From contig CALMBO010000002.1 in the NCBI GenBank assembly GCA_937860055.1, forward strand, positions 4,594-68,593: 64,000 bases of DNA, given 5' to 3'. Shown piece by piece: positions 55,421 to 63,878 of the stretch. Under the pieces are notes generated by a model. The model had not been told where the DNA came from, ran no database searches, and was given only the letters and a program-made list of their open reading frames with translations. The position numbers and the translations under genes are program-made. Position 1 is the stretch's first letter, and every line of letters begins with the position of its first letter. The stretch comes from an uncultured Verrucomicrobiota bacterium. Its GTDB lineage: Bacteria; Verrucomicrobiota; Kiritimatiellia; CAIQIC01; Lenti-01.

Positions 55421-56734
55421 ATGTCGCAAAAACAGATCCGATGGCTGCTGGGCGAATTGCCGACGCTGCTGAACGAGGGCGTCATCAACGGCGCCGCCGC
55501 CGACCGTCTCCGGCAGCACTACGAATCGGCGGCCGGCAAGGGCCGCAACTGGGCGCTGACCGTCTTCGGCATCCTGGGCGGCACCCTCGTCGGCCTCGGC
55601 ATCATCCTCCTGCTCGCCCACAACTGGACGGACATGTCCCGCGCCATGCGCACCGCGCTGGCGTTTTCGCCGCTCGTCGCCTCCCTCCTCCTGGCGGGCG
55701 GCATCCTCCGCTCCGGAAACGATTCGCCGGCCTGCCGCGAAGGCATCGGCATCTTCTGGATGCTCTCCATCGGCGCGGCCATCGCGCTCGTCGCCCAGAC
55801 CTACCACATCCCCGGCGATGCCGGCCGCTTCGCGATGACCTGGATGCTGCTGTCGCTGCCGGTCGTCTATCTGCTCAACGCCACCGGCCCCGCGCTGGCC
55901 TACCTGGCCGGCATGACGTTCTGGGCGATCGATGCCCAGGAAGGCGGCGGACACGCGATTCTCTTCTGGCCCCTCGCCGCGCTGGTCCTGCCGCACACCG
56001 CCGCCGCCGCGCGCGGCAATCCCTACGCCTCCCGCCCCGCCGTCCTCTTCTGGGGCATCTCGGCCGCCTTGTGCGTCGCCACCGGCGTCACGCTGGAAAA
56101 GGTGCTGCCCGGCCTCTGGATCATCATCTATGCCTCTCTCTTCGCCGGTCTCTACCTGGCCGGCGAGTTCTGGTTCGGAGCGGCACCGTCGTTCTGGCAA
56201 AAGCCCTTCCAGACCGTCGGTTCGTTCGGGGCGGTCGTGCTGGCGCTCCTGCTCACCTATGAATGGCCATGGGAGGAGATCGGCTGGCATTATTGGCGCC
56301 ATGGCGCCCCGTACCACGGCCTCGCCGCCGCCCTGGACTATGCGCTGGCCGCGGCTCTTCCGGTGGCGGCCATCGTCCTCCTCGCGAGCAGCGTCCGCCG
56401 CGGCAAGGCCGGCGCGATCTTCCTCGGGGCGATGCCCATCCTCGCGGTGATGGGCTACGCCCTCGCGGCCCGGACCGGACAGGAAGGCGGCGCCATCGCG
56501 CTGTTCAATGCCTTTGTCCTGGCCATCGGGATCGAACGGCTCGTCCACGGCTTCCGGGCCCGCCTCATCGGCACGGTCAACGCCGGCTTGCTCATCGTCT
56601 TCGCCCTGATCCTGCTGCGGTTCTTCGATGCGGATCTGGACTTTGTCTTCCGGGGCGTCGTGTTCGTCCTGCTGGGCATCGCCTTCCTCGCCGTGAACCT
56701 CGTGCTGGCCCGCCGGAAAGGAGCGGCCCCATGA
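55421..56734 (+). CDS. DUF2157 polytopic membrane protein
   Basis: MSQKQIRWLLGELPTLLNEGVINGAAADRLRQHY, followed by more than 10 TM helices. Confidence 0.7.
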   Translation: MSQKQIRWLLGELPTLLNEGVINGAAADRLRQHYESAAGKGRNWALTVFGILGGTLVGLGIILLLAHNWTDMSRAMRTALAFSPLVASLLLAGGILRSGNDSPACREGIGIFWMLSIGAAIALVAQTYHIPGDAGRFAMTWMLLSLPVVYLLNATGPALAYLAGMTFWAIDAQEGGGHAILFWPLAALVLPHTAAAARGNPYASRPAVLFWGISAALCVATGVTLEKVLPGLWIIIYASLFAGLYLAGEFWFGAAPSFWQKPFQTVGSFGAVVLALLLTYEWPWEEIGWHYWRHGAPYHGLAAALDYALAAALPVAAIVLLASSVRRGKAGAIFLGAMPILAVMGYALAARTGQEGGAIALFNAFVLAIGIERLVHGFRARLIGTVNAGLLIVFALILLRFFDADLDFVFRGVVFVLLGIAFLAVNLVLARRKGAAP

Positions 56735-57300
56735 AAACCAAATCCCTCCTCTTCCTCTTCGCCGTCGCGGCCATCCTCCAGCTCGTCGTTCCCGCCTCGA
56801 TGATCCTCCGGCGCGAACGGGTCCTCCAGCACGGGCAGGTCTTCAAGTTCCGCACCGCGCCGGTGGATCCCTACGACGCCTTCCGCGGCCGCTATGTGGC
56901 CCTGCGCTTCGATCAGGACTCCGCCCCCGTTCCGCAGGGCGCCGATTTCAAGCGCAATGAAAAGGTGTATGCGCTCATTTCAGAGGATGCCGGCGGCTTC
57001 GCCTATTTTTCCGGAATCCGCCGGTCGCGCCCCGCATCGGAACCGCATCTGGCCCTCAAAGCCCGCCATGTTTCCGGCACCAATGTCTATCTCCGCCTCC
57101 CCTTCGACCGGTTCTACATGGACGAGCGCGAAGCCCCCCGCGCGGAAGAGGCCTATTGGGAAAACAGCGTCCGCAGCAACCAGAACGCCTATGTCCAGGT
57201 CCGCATCGAAAAGGGTTTCGGCGTGATCGAGGACCTCTACATCGCCGGAACCCCCATCCGGGACTATCTCGCTCAACACCCCCCGGAACCCTCGCGCTAG
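56731..57300 (+). CDS. GDYXXLXY-domain membrane-anchored protein
   Basis: N-terminal TM helix, then FRTAPVDPYDAFRGRYVALRF (GDYxxLxY-type block). ATGA overlap with the DUF2157 gene. Confidence 0.7.
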   Translation: MKTKSLLFLFAVAAILQLVVPASMILRRERVLQHGQVFKFRTAPVDPYDAFRGRYVALRFDQDSAPVPQGADFKRNEKVYALISEDAGGFAYFSGIRRSRPASEPHLALKARHVSGTNVYLRLPFDRFYMDEREAPRAEEAYWENSVRSNQNAYVQVRIEKGFGVIEDLYIAGTPIRDYLAQHPPEPSR

Positions 57301-57353
57301 AATCCGCCCAAAATGCATCTGCGGTTCCGTCCGGCCTTGGGCGCTTGGGGCTG

Positions 57354-57484
57354 TCATCCCGAGCTTGTCGAGGGATCTGGGCATCGTTCCGCAGGCTCGC
57401 CGTGGGGACAATGCCTGGATGTTTCGACTTCGTCGCGATGCGCCTCCGCTCAACATGACCAGAGACGGCATTCAATCGCAGATG
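57354..57484 (-). repeat. about 130-bp dispersed element, copy 2 (inverted relative to copy 1)
   Basis: See copy 1. The same block order is seen when this copy is reverse-complemented. Confidence 0.85.
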
Positions 57485-57572
57485 GACCTGGCTTCCGGCA
57501 GCCCCCCCCGGAATCGCACTTGTCCCGCCCCCCTCCGGAGTCTATGATGGGCCTGTTTCCCGGAGAATTGCC

Positions 57573-57947
57573 ATGAAATCCATCCAGACCGAAAAGGCCC
57601 CTCCCGCTATCGGGCCCTATTCCCAGGCCGTCTCGCACCACGGGCTTCTCTTCATCTCCGGCCAGCTCGGCCTCGATCCCGCTTCCGGCGCGCTCGCGGA
57701 AGGCATCGAGGCCCAGACCCGCCGCGCCCTGCAGAATCTCGCCGCCATCCTCGCCGCCGCCGGACTCGCTCCCGCCCATGTCCTCAAGGCCACCGTCTAC
57801 GTGGCCGACATGGACGACTTCGCCCTCGTCAACCGGCTCTATGCCGAAGTCTTCGCGCCGCCCTTCCCCGCGCGCGAAGTCGTCCAGGCCGCCCGCCTGC
57901 CCAAGAACGCCCTCGTCGAAATCTCCGCCATCGCCGCCACGCCATGA
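57573..57947 (+). CDS. ridA: RidA/YjgF family reactive-intermediate deaminase
   Basis: APPAIGPYSQAV..FISGQLGLDP..AREVVQAARLPKNALVEI. Confidence 0.92.
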   Translation: MKSIQTEKAPPAIGPYSQAVSHHGLLFISGQLGLDPASGALAEGIEAQTRRALQNLAAILAAAGLAPAHVLKATVYVADMDDFALVNRLYAEVFAPPFPAREVVQAARLPKNALVEISAIAATP

Positions 57948-58792
57948 TCATCATCGAACCCCACATCCACATGCTTTCCCGCACGACGGACGACTACACG
58001 GCGATGTACAACGCCGGCATCCGCTGCGTCGTCGAACCGTCCTTCTGGCAAGGCTCCAACCGCCGACACGCCGGCACGTTCTTCGATTACTTCTCCCTCT
58101 CGCTCGACTTCGAGCATACCCGCGCCCTCCGCTACGGCATCGACCACTATTCCTGCATCTCCGTCAATCCCAAGGAGGCGGAGGACATCTCCCTCGCCCG
58201 CGAAACCCTCGCCGGCATCGGCGCCTATCTCGAGCATCCCCGCTGCGTCGCCGTCGGCGAAATCGGCTTCAACCGCATCACCCCGAACGAAGAAGAGGTC
58301 TTCCAGCGCCAGCTCGAAATGGCCAAGGCGCACGCGCTCCCCGTCCTCGTCCACACCCCCCACGACACGCCCGAAGTCAGCAAGAGAAAGGGCACCGCCC
58401 GCATCCTCGACATCCTCCGCGAGTTCGCCTACGACCCCTCCCTCATCGTCGTGGACCACAACACCGAGGAAACCATGCCCCTGACCCGCAAGACCGACTA
58501 CTGGGCCGGCCTCACCGTCTATCCCTATTCCAAGCTCAACCCCCGCCGCGTCGTCGACATCCTCCAGCGCTGGGGCCTCGACCGCGTCCTCGTCAATTCC
58601 TCCGCCGACTGGGGCGTCTCCGATCCCTGCTCGCTTCCCAAGACCGCCGCCTTCATGGCCGACCAGGGATTCACCAAGGCCCAGATCCGCAAGATCATGC
58701 ACGACAATCCGCTGGCCTTCTATTCGCAGACCCCCAAGTTCAAACCCCAGCTGGACCTCCCCTGCATTGACCCCGCCACCTACCAGCGATGA
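57944..58792 (+). CDS. TatD-related metal-dependent hydrolase (EboB-like)
   Basis: IIEPHIHMLSRTTDDY, VAVGEIGF, LPVLVHTPH, VVDHNTEET, NSSADWGVSDP. ATGA overlap with ridA. Confidence 0.75.
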   Translation: MIIIEPHIHMLSRTTDDYTAMYNAGIRCVVEPSFWQGSNRRHAGTFFDYFSLSLDFEHTRALRYGIDHYSCISVNPKEAEDISLARETLAGIGAYLEHPRCVAVGEIGFNRITPNEEEVFQRQLEMAKAHALPVLVHTPHDTPEVSKRKGTARILDILREFAYDPSLIVVDHNTEETMPLTRKTDYWAGLTVYPYSKLNPRRVVDILQRWGLDRVLVNSSADWGVSDPCSLPKTAAFMADQGFTKAQIRKIMHDNPLAFYSQTPKFKPQLDLPCIDPATYQR

Positions 58793-58856
58793 GCGGCCTC
58801 CGCGCCGCGAAAAACCCTTTTCGGCGCTCCGGCAGAAGGCGATCGAAGCCTACTAC

Positions 58857-59606
58857 ATGGTGGAGGATTCCCTCCCCCGCCCGAAGCACGCCGACGCCTG
58901 GCTCCGCCTCCTGCGCCTGCCCAACCTGCTGACGGTCCCCGGCGACATCCTCGCCGGCTTCCTCCTCGCCCCCGCGGCGGCCTCGGAAGATTGGGGCCAG
59001 CTCCTTCTCGCCATCCCCGCCGGCATCTTCCTATACGCCGCCGGGCTCATCCTCAACGATCTCTTCGACTACGCCGAAGACCTGCGCCAGCGTCCGCGCC
59101 GCCCCCTCCCTGCCAACGAAATCCACCGCGAGAACGCCGCCGCCGCCGCGCTGATCCTCCTGTGGATCGCCGTTTTCTCCGCCGCCTTCTTCGATGCCCT
59201 CCCCGTCGCGATCCCCCTCGCCCTGTGCATCATCCTCTACGACATCGGCCTCAAGCGGAACCGGTTCCTCGGCCCGCTGCTCATGGGCGCCTGCCGCGCC
59301 GGCAACCTCCTTCTCGGCGCCGCCGCCGCATCCGATGGCCTGCCCGCCCACGCCGCCCCCTGGATCGGCGCGGCCGTCCTCGGCCTCTACATCGCCGCCG
59401 TCACGCATCTGGCCCGTAACGAAACCCTCCCCGGAACGAAGTTCCCGCCGTCACGCATCGGCCGGCTCCTCGGCCTGCTCATCCCCCTCCAGGCGCTTCT
59501 CGGCGTCGCCGCCGTCCACCGCTTCCCCGCCAACCTCCTCGCCCTCGCCCTCCTCCCCCTCCTCCGCCTCCACCGCCGCCTCGCGTCCCGCTTCCCCCCC
59601 AGCTGA
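58857..59606 (+). CDS. UbiA-family prenyltransferase-like membrane protein (EboC-like)
   Basis: LRLPNLLTVPGD and the Asp-rich motif LILNDLFDYAEDLRQRPRRPLP. Polytopic. The start is uncertain (ATG 58857 or TTG 58767). Confidence 0.7.
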   Translation: MVEDSLPRPKHADAWLRLLRLPNLLTVPGDILAGFLLAPAAASEDWGQLLLAIPAGIFLYAAGLILNDLFDYAEDLRQRPRRPLPANEIHRENAAAAALILLWIAVFSAAFFDALPVAIPLALCIILYDIGLKRNRFLGPLLMGACRAGNLLLGAAAASDGLPAHAAPWIGAAVLGLYIAAVTHLARNETLPGTKFPPSRIGRLLGLLIPLQALLGVAAVHRFPANLLALALLPLLRLHRRLASRFPPS

Positions 59607-59661
59607 TTCCCCCTGTTCCGGGGTGGACGGCCTCCCTTTTTTCGGCTATCTTCCCCTCTCC

Positions 59662-60498
59662 ATGCGTCGCCGCTTCTACATTCTGCTGGCCCTCTTCTCC
59701 GCCACCTGCTGCGGCGCCGCGGAGCGCAACGCGATTTCCTTCACCATCGCCTCCGCCAACCTCTCCGACAGCACCAGCCAGGCCTACGAAGATGCCGGCA
59801 TCCGCATCCTCCAGGCCCTCAAGCCCGACGTCGTCGCCATTCAGGAATTCAACTACAAAAGCGGCAATTCCCAGGACCTCGTCCGCAAGCTCTTCGGCCC
59901 CGCCTACCACTTCGCCCGCGAAAAGGGCGGCGCCCGCCTCCCCAACGGCATCCTCAGCCGCTACCCCATCGTCGCCTTCGGCCAGTGGGACGACCCCTAC
60001 GTCCTCAACCGCAAGTTCGCCTGGGCCACCCTCCAGATCCCCGGCCCCAAACCCCTCCATGTCGTCAGCGTCCACCTCGTCCAGAACCGCGCCGAACGCC
60101 GCATCCCCGAGGCCCGCCTCCTCCTCCGGCTCATCCGCGAGAAATTCCCCGCCGGCGACTATGTCGCCCTCTGCGGCGATTTCAACATCGCCAGCCGCGA
60201 GTCCGAAGCCCTTGCCGAATTGACCGGATGGTTCGTCGACGACCACCATCCCGCCGACCAGGAAGGCAACAAGAACACCAACGCCAACCGCAACCGCCCC
60301 TACGATTTCGTCCTCCCCAACCCCGCCCTCGCCCCCTGCCACGTCCCCACCACCCTCGCCGGCCGGAAGTTCCCCGACGGCCTTGTCTTCGACACCCGCC
60401 TCTGGAATCCACCCCCCGCCCCCGCCGAATGGGAGGACACCGCCCGCAACCTCCAGCACCTCCCCGTCATGAAAACCTTCCGCATCCCCCTGCGCTGA
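59662..60498 (+). CDS. secreted endonuclease/exonuclease/phosphatase (EEP) family protein
   Basis: Signal peptide MRRRFYILLALFSATCCGAA, then VVAIQEF, VVSVHL, LCGDFN and the terminal H in NLQHLPV. Confidence 0.75.
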   Translation: MRRRFYILLALFSATCCGAAERNAISFTIASANLSDSTSQAYEDAGIRILQALKPDVVAIQEFNYKSGNSQDLVRKLFGPAYHFAREKGGARLPNGILSRYPIVAFGQWDDPYVLNRKFAWATLQIPGPKPLHVVSVHLVQNRAERRIPEARLLLRLIREKFPAGDYVALCGDFNIASRESEALAELTGWFVDDHHPADQEGNKNTNANRNRPYDFVLPNPALAPCHVPTTLAGRKFPDGLVFDTRLWNPPPAPAEWEDTARNLQHLPVMKTFRIPLR

Positions 60499-60564
60499 CG
60501 CCCCCTTCCGCTCCCCCGCCCCCCCCCGGGGGGAGGCAAGGCGCCGCCCAATTTGGAGCTTCCC

Positions 60565-60637
60565 TTTTTTCCACAGTGTGGAAAAATCGCCCCCGCTTTT
60601 TCCATGGTGTGGAAACATTTTTCCACGGCATGGAAAA
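60565..60637. repeat. TTTTCCA-N-TGGAAAA palindrome cluster E (3 copies)
   Basis: TTTTTTCCACAGTGTGGAAAAA (60565-60586), TTTTTCCATGGTGTGGAAA (60597-60615) and TTTTTCCACGGCATGGAAAA (60618-60637). Confidence 0.9.
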
Positions 60638-60658
60638 CCCAGACCCAGGAGCCGCCCC

Positions 60659-63298
60659 ATGATGACTTCATCCGAAATCCGCCAGTCGTTCCTCGACTTC
60701 TTCGCCTCGAAGAACCACGAGATCGTCCCCTCCTCCCCCGTCGTCCTCCCCACCGACCCCACCCTCCTCTTCGCCAACGCCGGCATGAACCAGTTCAAGG
60801 AAATCTTCCTCGGCGCCCGCAAGTCCTCCTGGAAGCGCGTCGCCGACACCCAGAAGTGCATCCGCGTCTCCGGCAAGCACAACGACCTCGAGGAGGTCGG
60901 CCGCGACACCTACCACCACACCTTCTTCGAAATGCTCGGCAACTGGTCTTTCGGCGACTACTACAAGCGCGAAGCCATCTCCTGGGCCTGGGAACTCCTC
61001 ACCGTCGTCTGGAAGCTCCCCAAGAACCGCCTCTGGGTCACCGTCTACAAGACCGACGACGAAGCCGAAAACATTTGGAAGACCGTCACCGACGTCGATC
61101 CCTCCCACATCCTCCGCTTCGGCGAAAAGGACAATTTCTGGGAAATGGGCGAGACCGGCCCCTGCGGCCCCTGCTCCGAAATCCATTTCGACCTCACCCC
61201 CAACGGCTGCACTCCGGACATGATCAACGCCGGCACCCCCCAGGTCATCGAGATCTGGAACAACGTCTTCATGCAGTACAACCGCAAGTCCGACGGCTCC
61301 CTCGACGAGCTCCCCGCCAAGTGCGTCGACACCGGCATGGGCTTCGAACGCGTCGTCGCCGTCATCCAGGGCAAGACCTCCAACTACGACACCGATGTCT
61401 TCATGCCCCTCATCGACGCCGTCTCCAAACTCTCCGGCAAGCCCTACCTCCAGGACGAAACCGCCGTCGCCATGCGCGTCATCGCCGACCACCTGCGCGC
61501 CCTCTCCTTCGCCATCGCCGACGGCGTCATGCCCTCCAACGAGGGCCGCGGCTACGTCCTGCGCCGCCTCCTGCGCCGCGCCGCCCGCTACGGCCGCAAC
61601 ATCGGCCTCGTGAAGCCCTTCCTCTGCAAGCTCTTCCCCGTCCTCGAAAAGCAGATGGGCGCCTTCTTCCCCGAACTGACCGCCCGCCGCGAGGAAATCG
61701 TCCGCGCCCTGCGCGCCGAAGAGGAATCCTTCGCCGCCACCCTCGACCGCGGCATCGCCCTCTTCGATGAAACCGTCGCCGAGCTCAAGAAAACCGACGC
61801 CACCGTCTTCCCCGGCGAACAGGCCTTCAAGCTCTACGATACCTACGGCTTCCCCTTCGACCTCACTGTCCTCATGGCCGCCGAAAAGGGACTCGATGTC
61901 AACCAGCCCGAATTCGACCGCTGCATGGAAGAACAGCGCGCCCGCGCCCGCGCCGCCCGCAAGGACGGCTCCGCCGCCGAAAACGACCTCGTCGCCCACT
62001 TCGTCGAACAGGGCATCCAGTCGACGTTCACCGGCTACGCCTCGCTCTCCAACGGCACCGAGATCGTCGCCATCCTCTCCGGCGGCCAGCTCGTCGATTC
62101 CCTCGCCGAGGGCCAGAGCGCCGAAATCCTCCTCAAGCAGACCCCCTTCTACGCCGAGTCCGGCGGCCAGGTCGGCGACACCGGCATCATCACCACCTGC
62201 TCCGGCGCCCTGTTCACCGTCGCCGACACCCAGAAGCCCGCCCAAGGCATCCTCCTCCACAAGGGCAAGCTCGCCAAGGGCTCGCTCGCCAAGGGCGCCG
62301 CCGTCACCGCGACGGTCGACGAGGCCCGCCGCGCCGCCATCCGCCGCCACCACACCGCCACCCACCTCCTCAACGCCGCCCTGCGCAAGGTGCTCAACAC
62401 CGATTCCATCAAGCAGGCCGGCTCCTATGTTTCCCCCGACCGCCTCCGCTTCGACTTCACCTGGTTCGAAGCCCTCACCGCCGAGCAGATCGACGCCATC
62501 GAACGCCTCGTCACCGAGTTCATCGTCGCCAACCGCCCGGTCAAGACCTTCGAGATGGCCCTCAAGGACGTCCCCGGCTCCGGCATCATCGCCGTCTTCG
62601 ACGAGAAGTACGGCGATACGGTGCGCGTCGTGGACACCGAAGGCATCTCGCGCGAACTCTGCGGCGGCACCCACGTCGAGCGCAGCGGCGACATCGGCCC
62701 CTTCCGCATCGTCATGGAAACCTCCATCGCCGCCGGCGTGCGCCGCATCGAGGCGCAGGCCGGACTCCCCGCCTGCGACCATACCGCGCAGGAGCACGCC
62801 ATCCTGGCTTCCCTGGCCCAGCGCCTGTCCATCGGCGCCGCCGATCTGCCCGCGCGCGTCGAAGCCCTGCTCGAGCAGACCCAGAAGCTCGAAAAGGAAA
62901 TCAAAGCCGCCGCCGAAAAGAGCGCCCTCGAAAAAGGCGCCGCGCTGGCCGGCCGTTTCTCGCCAATCGGCGGCATCCCCGTGCTGGTCGAGTCCGTCGG
63001 CGAACTCGCCGCCGACCCCCTGCGCGCCCTCGTCGAAAGCCTGCGCAAGCAACATCCCGAAAGCGTCATCCTGCTGGCGGCCGTCGCGGACGGCAAGATC
63101 ACCTTCATCCTGAACGCGGGTCCCGCCGCGCAGGCCAAGGGCGTCAACGCCGGCAAGCTCGTCGGCGCCATCGCCAAGATCGCGGGCGGCGGCGGCGGCG
63201 GCAAGCCCGACAAGGCCCAGGCCGGCGGCAAGGATCCCGCCAAGCTCCCCGACGCCCTCGCGGCCGCGCGCGACCTGATCGCCCAGGCCCTCGCCTGA
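60659..63298 (+). CDS. alaS: alanine--tRNA ligase
   Basis: MMTSSEIRQSFLDFFASKNH, FANAGMNQFK, FFEMLGNWSFGDY, the editing-domain HTATHLL and CGGTHV, and the C-terminal GGGGGK. The track start at 60578 runs through palindromic repeats. Confidence 0.97.
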   Translation: MMTSSEIRQSFLDFFASKNHEIVPSSPVVLPTDPTLLFANAGMNQFKEIFLGARKSSWKRVADTQKCIRVSGKHNDLEEVGRDTYHHTFFEMLGNWSFGDYYKREAISWAWELLTVVWKLPKNRLWVTVYKTDDEAENIWKTVTDVDPSHILRFGEKDNFWEMGETGPCGPCSEIHFDLTPNGCTPDMINAGTPQVIEIWNNVFMQYNRKSDGSLDELPAKCVDTGMGFERVVAVIQGKTSNYDTDVFMPLIDAVSKLSGKPYLQDETAVAMRVIADHLRALSFAIADGVMPSNEGRGYVLRRLLRRAARYGRNIGLVKPFLCKLFPVLEKQMGAFFPELTARREEIVRALRAEEESFAATLDRGIALFDETVAELKKTDATVFPGEQAFKLYDTYGFPFDLTVLMAAEKGLDVNQPEFDRCMEEQRARARAARKDGSAAENDLVAHFVEQGIQSTFTGYASLSNGTEIVAILSGGQLVDSLAEGQSAEILLKQTPFYAESGGQVGDTGIITTCSGALFTVADTQKPAQGILLHKGKLAKGSLAKGAAVTATVDEARRAAIRRHHTATHLLNAALRKVLNTDSIKQAGSYVSPDRLRFDFTWFEALTAEQIDAIERLVTEFIVANRPVKTFEMALKDVPGSGIIAVFDEKYGDTVRVVDTEGISRELCGGTHVERSGDIGPFRIVMETSIAAGVRRIEAQAGLPACDHTAQEHAILASLAQRLSIGAADLPARVEALLEQTQKLEKEIKAAAEKSALEKGAALAGRFSPIGGIPVLVESVGELAADPLRALVESLRKQHPESVILLAAVADGKITFILNAGPAAQAKGVNAGKLVGAIAKIAGGGGGGKPDKAQAGGKDPAKLPDALAAARDLIAQALA

Positions 63299-63323
63299 TC
63301 CCACGGGAACCTCCAAAAAGCAA

Positions 63324-63356
63324 AAGGGCGGCCCACCGGCCGCCCTTCGCTTTTTC
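63324..63356. terminator. bidirectional intrinsic terminator between alaS and the gtrA-like gene
   Basis: AAGGGCGGCC-CACC-GGCCGCCCTT is a 10-bp stem. It is followed by CGCTTTTT on the plus strand and by TTTGCTTTTTGG on the minus strand. Confidence 0.75.
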
Positions 63357-63376
63357 CCGCCCCGATGGGCCTGCGC

Positions 63377-63877
63377 CTATCCCTTGAAGACGAAGAATTT
63401 CCTCATCACGTAGTTGATCGCCAGCGAACTGAGGATGTTGGCCCCGAACGCGTACGTCGTCTGCATGCCGAACTGCTTGATCAAAACCCCCATCATCGTC
63501 GTGCCCACCACCATGCTGATCGCCGACACCCCCAGGAACAGCAGGAATTCGATGACAACATGGTGGCGGCCGGGCTTGAACACAAACCACCGGTTGGCGA
63601 GGTAGCACACCGTGTTCGATACGAAGAACGCGATGATGTTTGAATAAACCGCGTAGCGCGCGCGCAGGTCGGCCACGACGTCCGGCGCGTCCAGCCCGAA
63701 CAGCTTCACCAGCGGATCCTCCGGCGTCACGCACGGGAACAGCAGGAACCCCGCCAGGAAAAACGCCAGGATGTGCATGGCCGTCGCAAGGCCCCCGGCC
63801 ACGCCGTATTTGATGAACTGCACAAGAGGCGGGGCGTCGTGGGACAGATAATGGTTCCACCGCTCCTTCAGGTTCAT
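63377..63877 (-). CDS. GtrA-family membrane protein
   Basis: FIKYGVAGGLATAMH.., CYLANRWFVFK, INYVMRKFFVF. Four TM helices. Confidence 0.8.
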   Translation of the reverse strand: MNLKERWNHYLSHDAPPLVQFIKYGVAGGLATAMHILAFFLAGFLLFPCVTPEDPLVKLFGLDAPDVVADLRARYAVYSNIIAFFVSNTVCYLANRWFVFKPGRHHVVIEFLLFLGVSAISMVVGTTMMGVLIKQFGMQTTYAFGANILSSLAINYVMRKFFVFKG

Positions 63878-63878
63878 G

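Noticed and set aside
51166-57484. Inverted 130-bp elements as the ends of a composite transposon or genomic island
   Set aside because: There is no transposase, integrase or tRNA inside or next to the segment. The cargo is ordinary metabolic and transport genes with the same composition as the surroundings. Independent MITE-like insertions are more likely.
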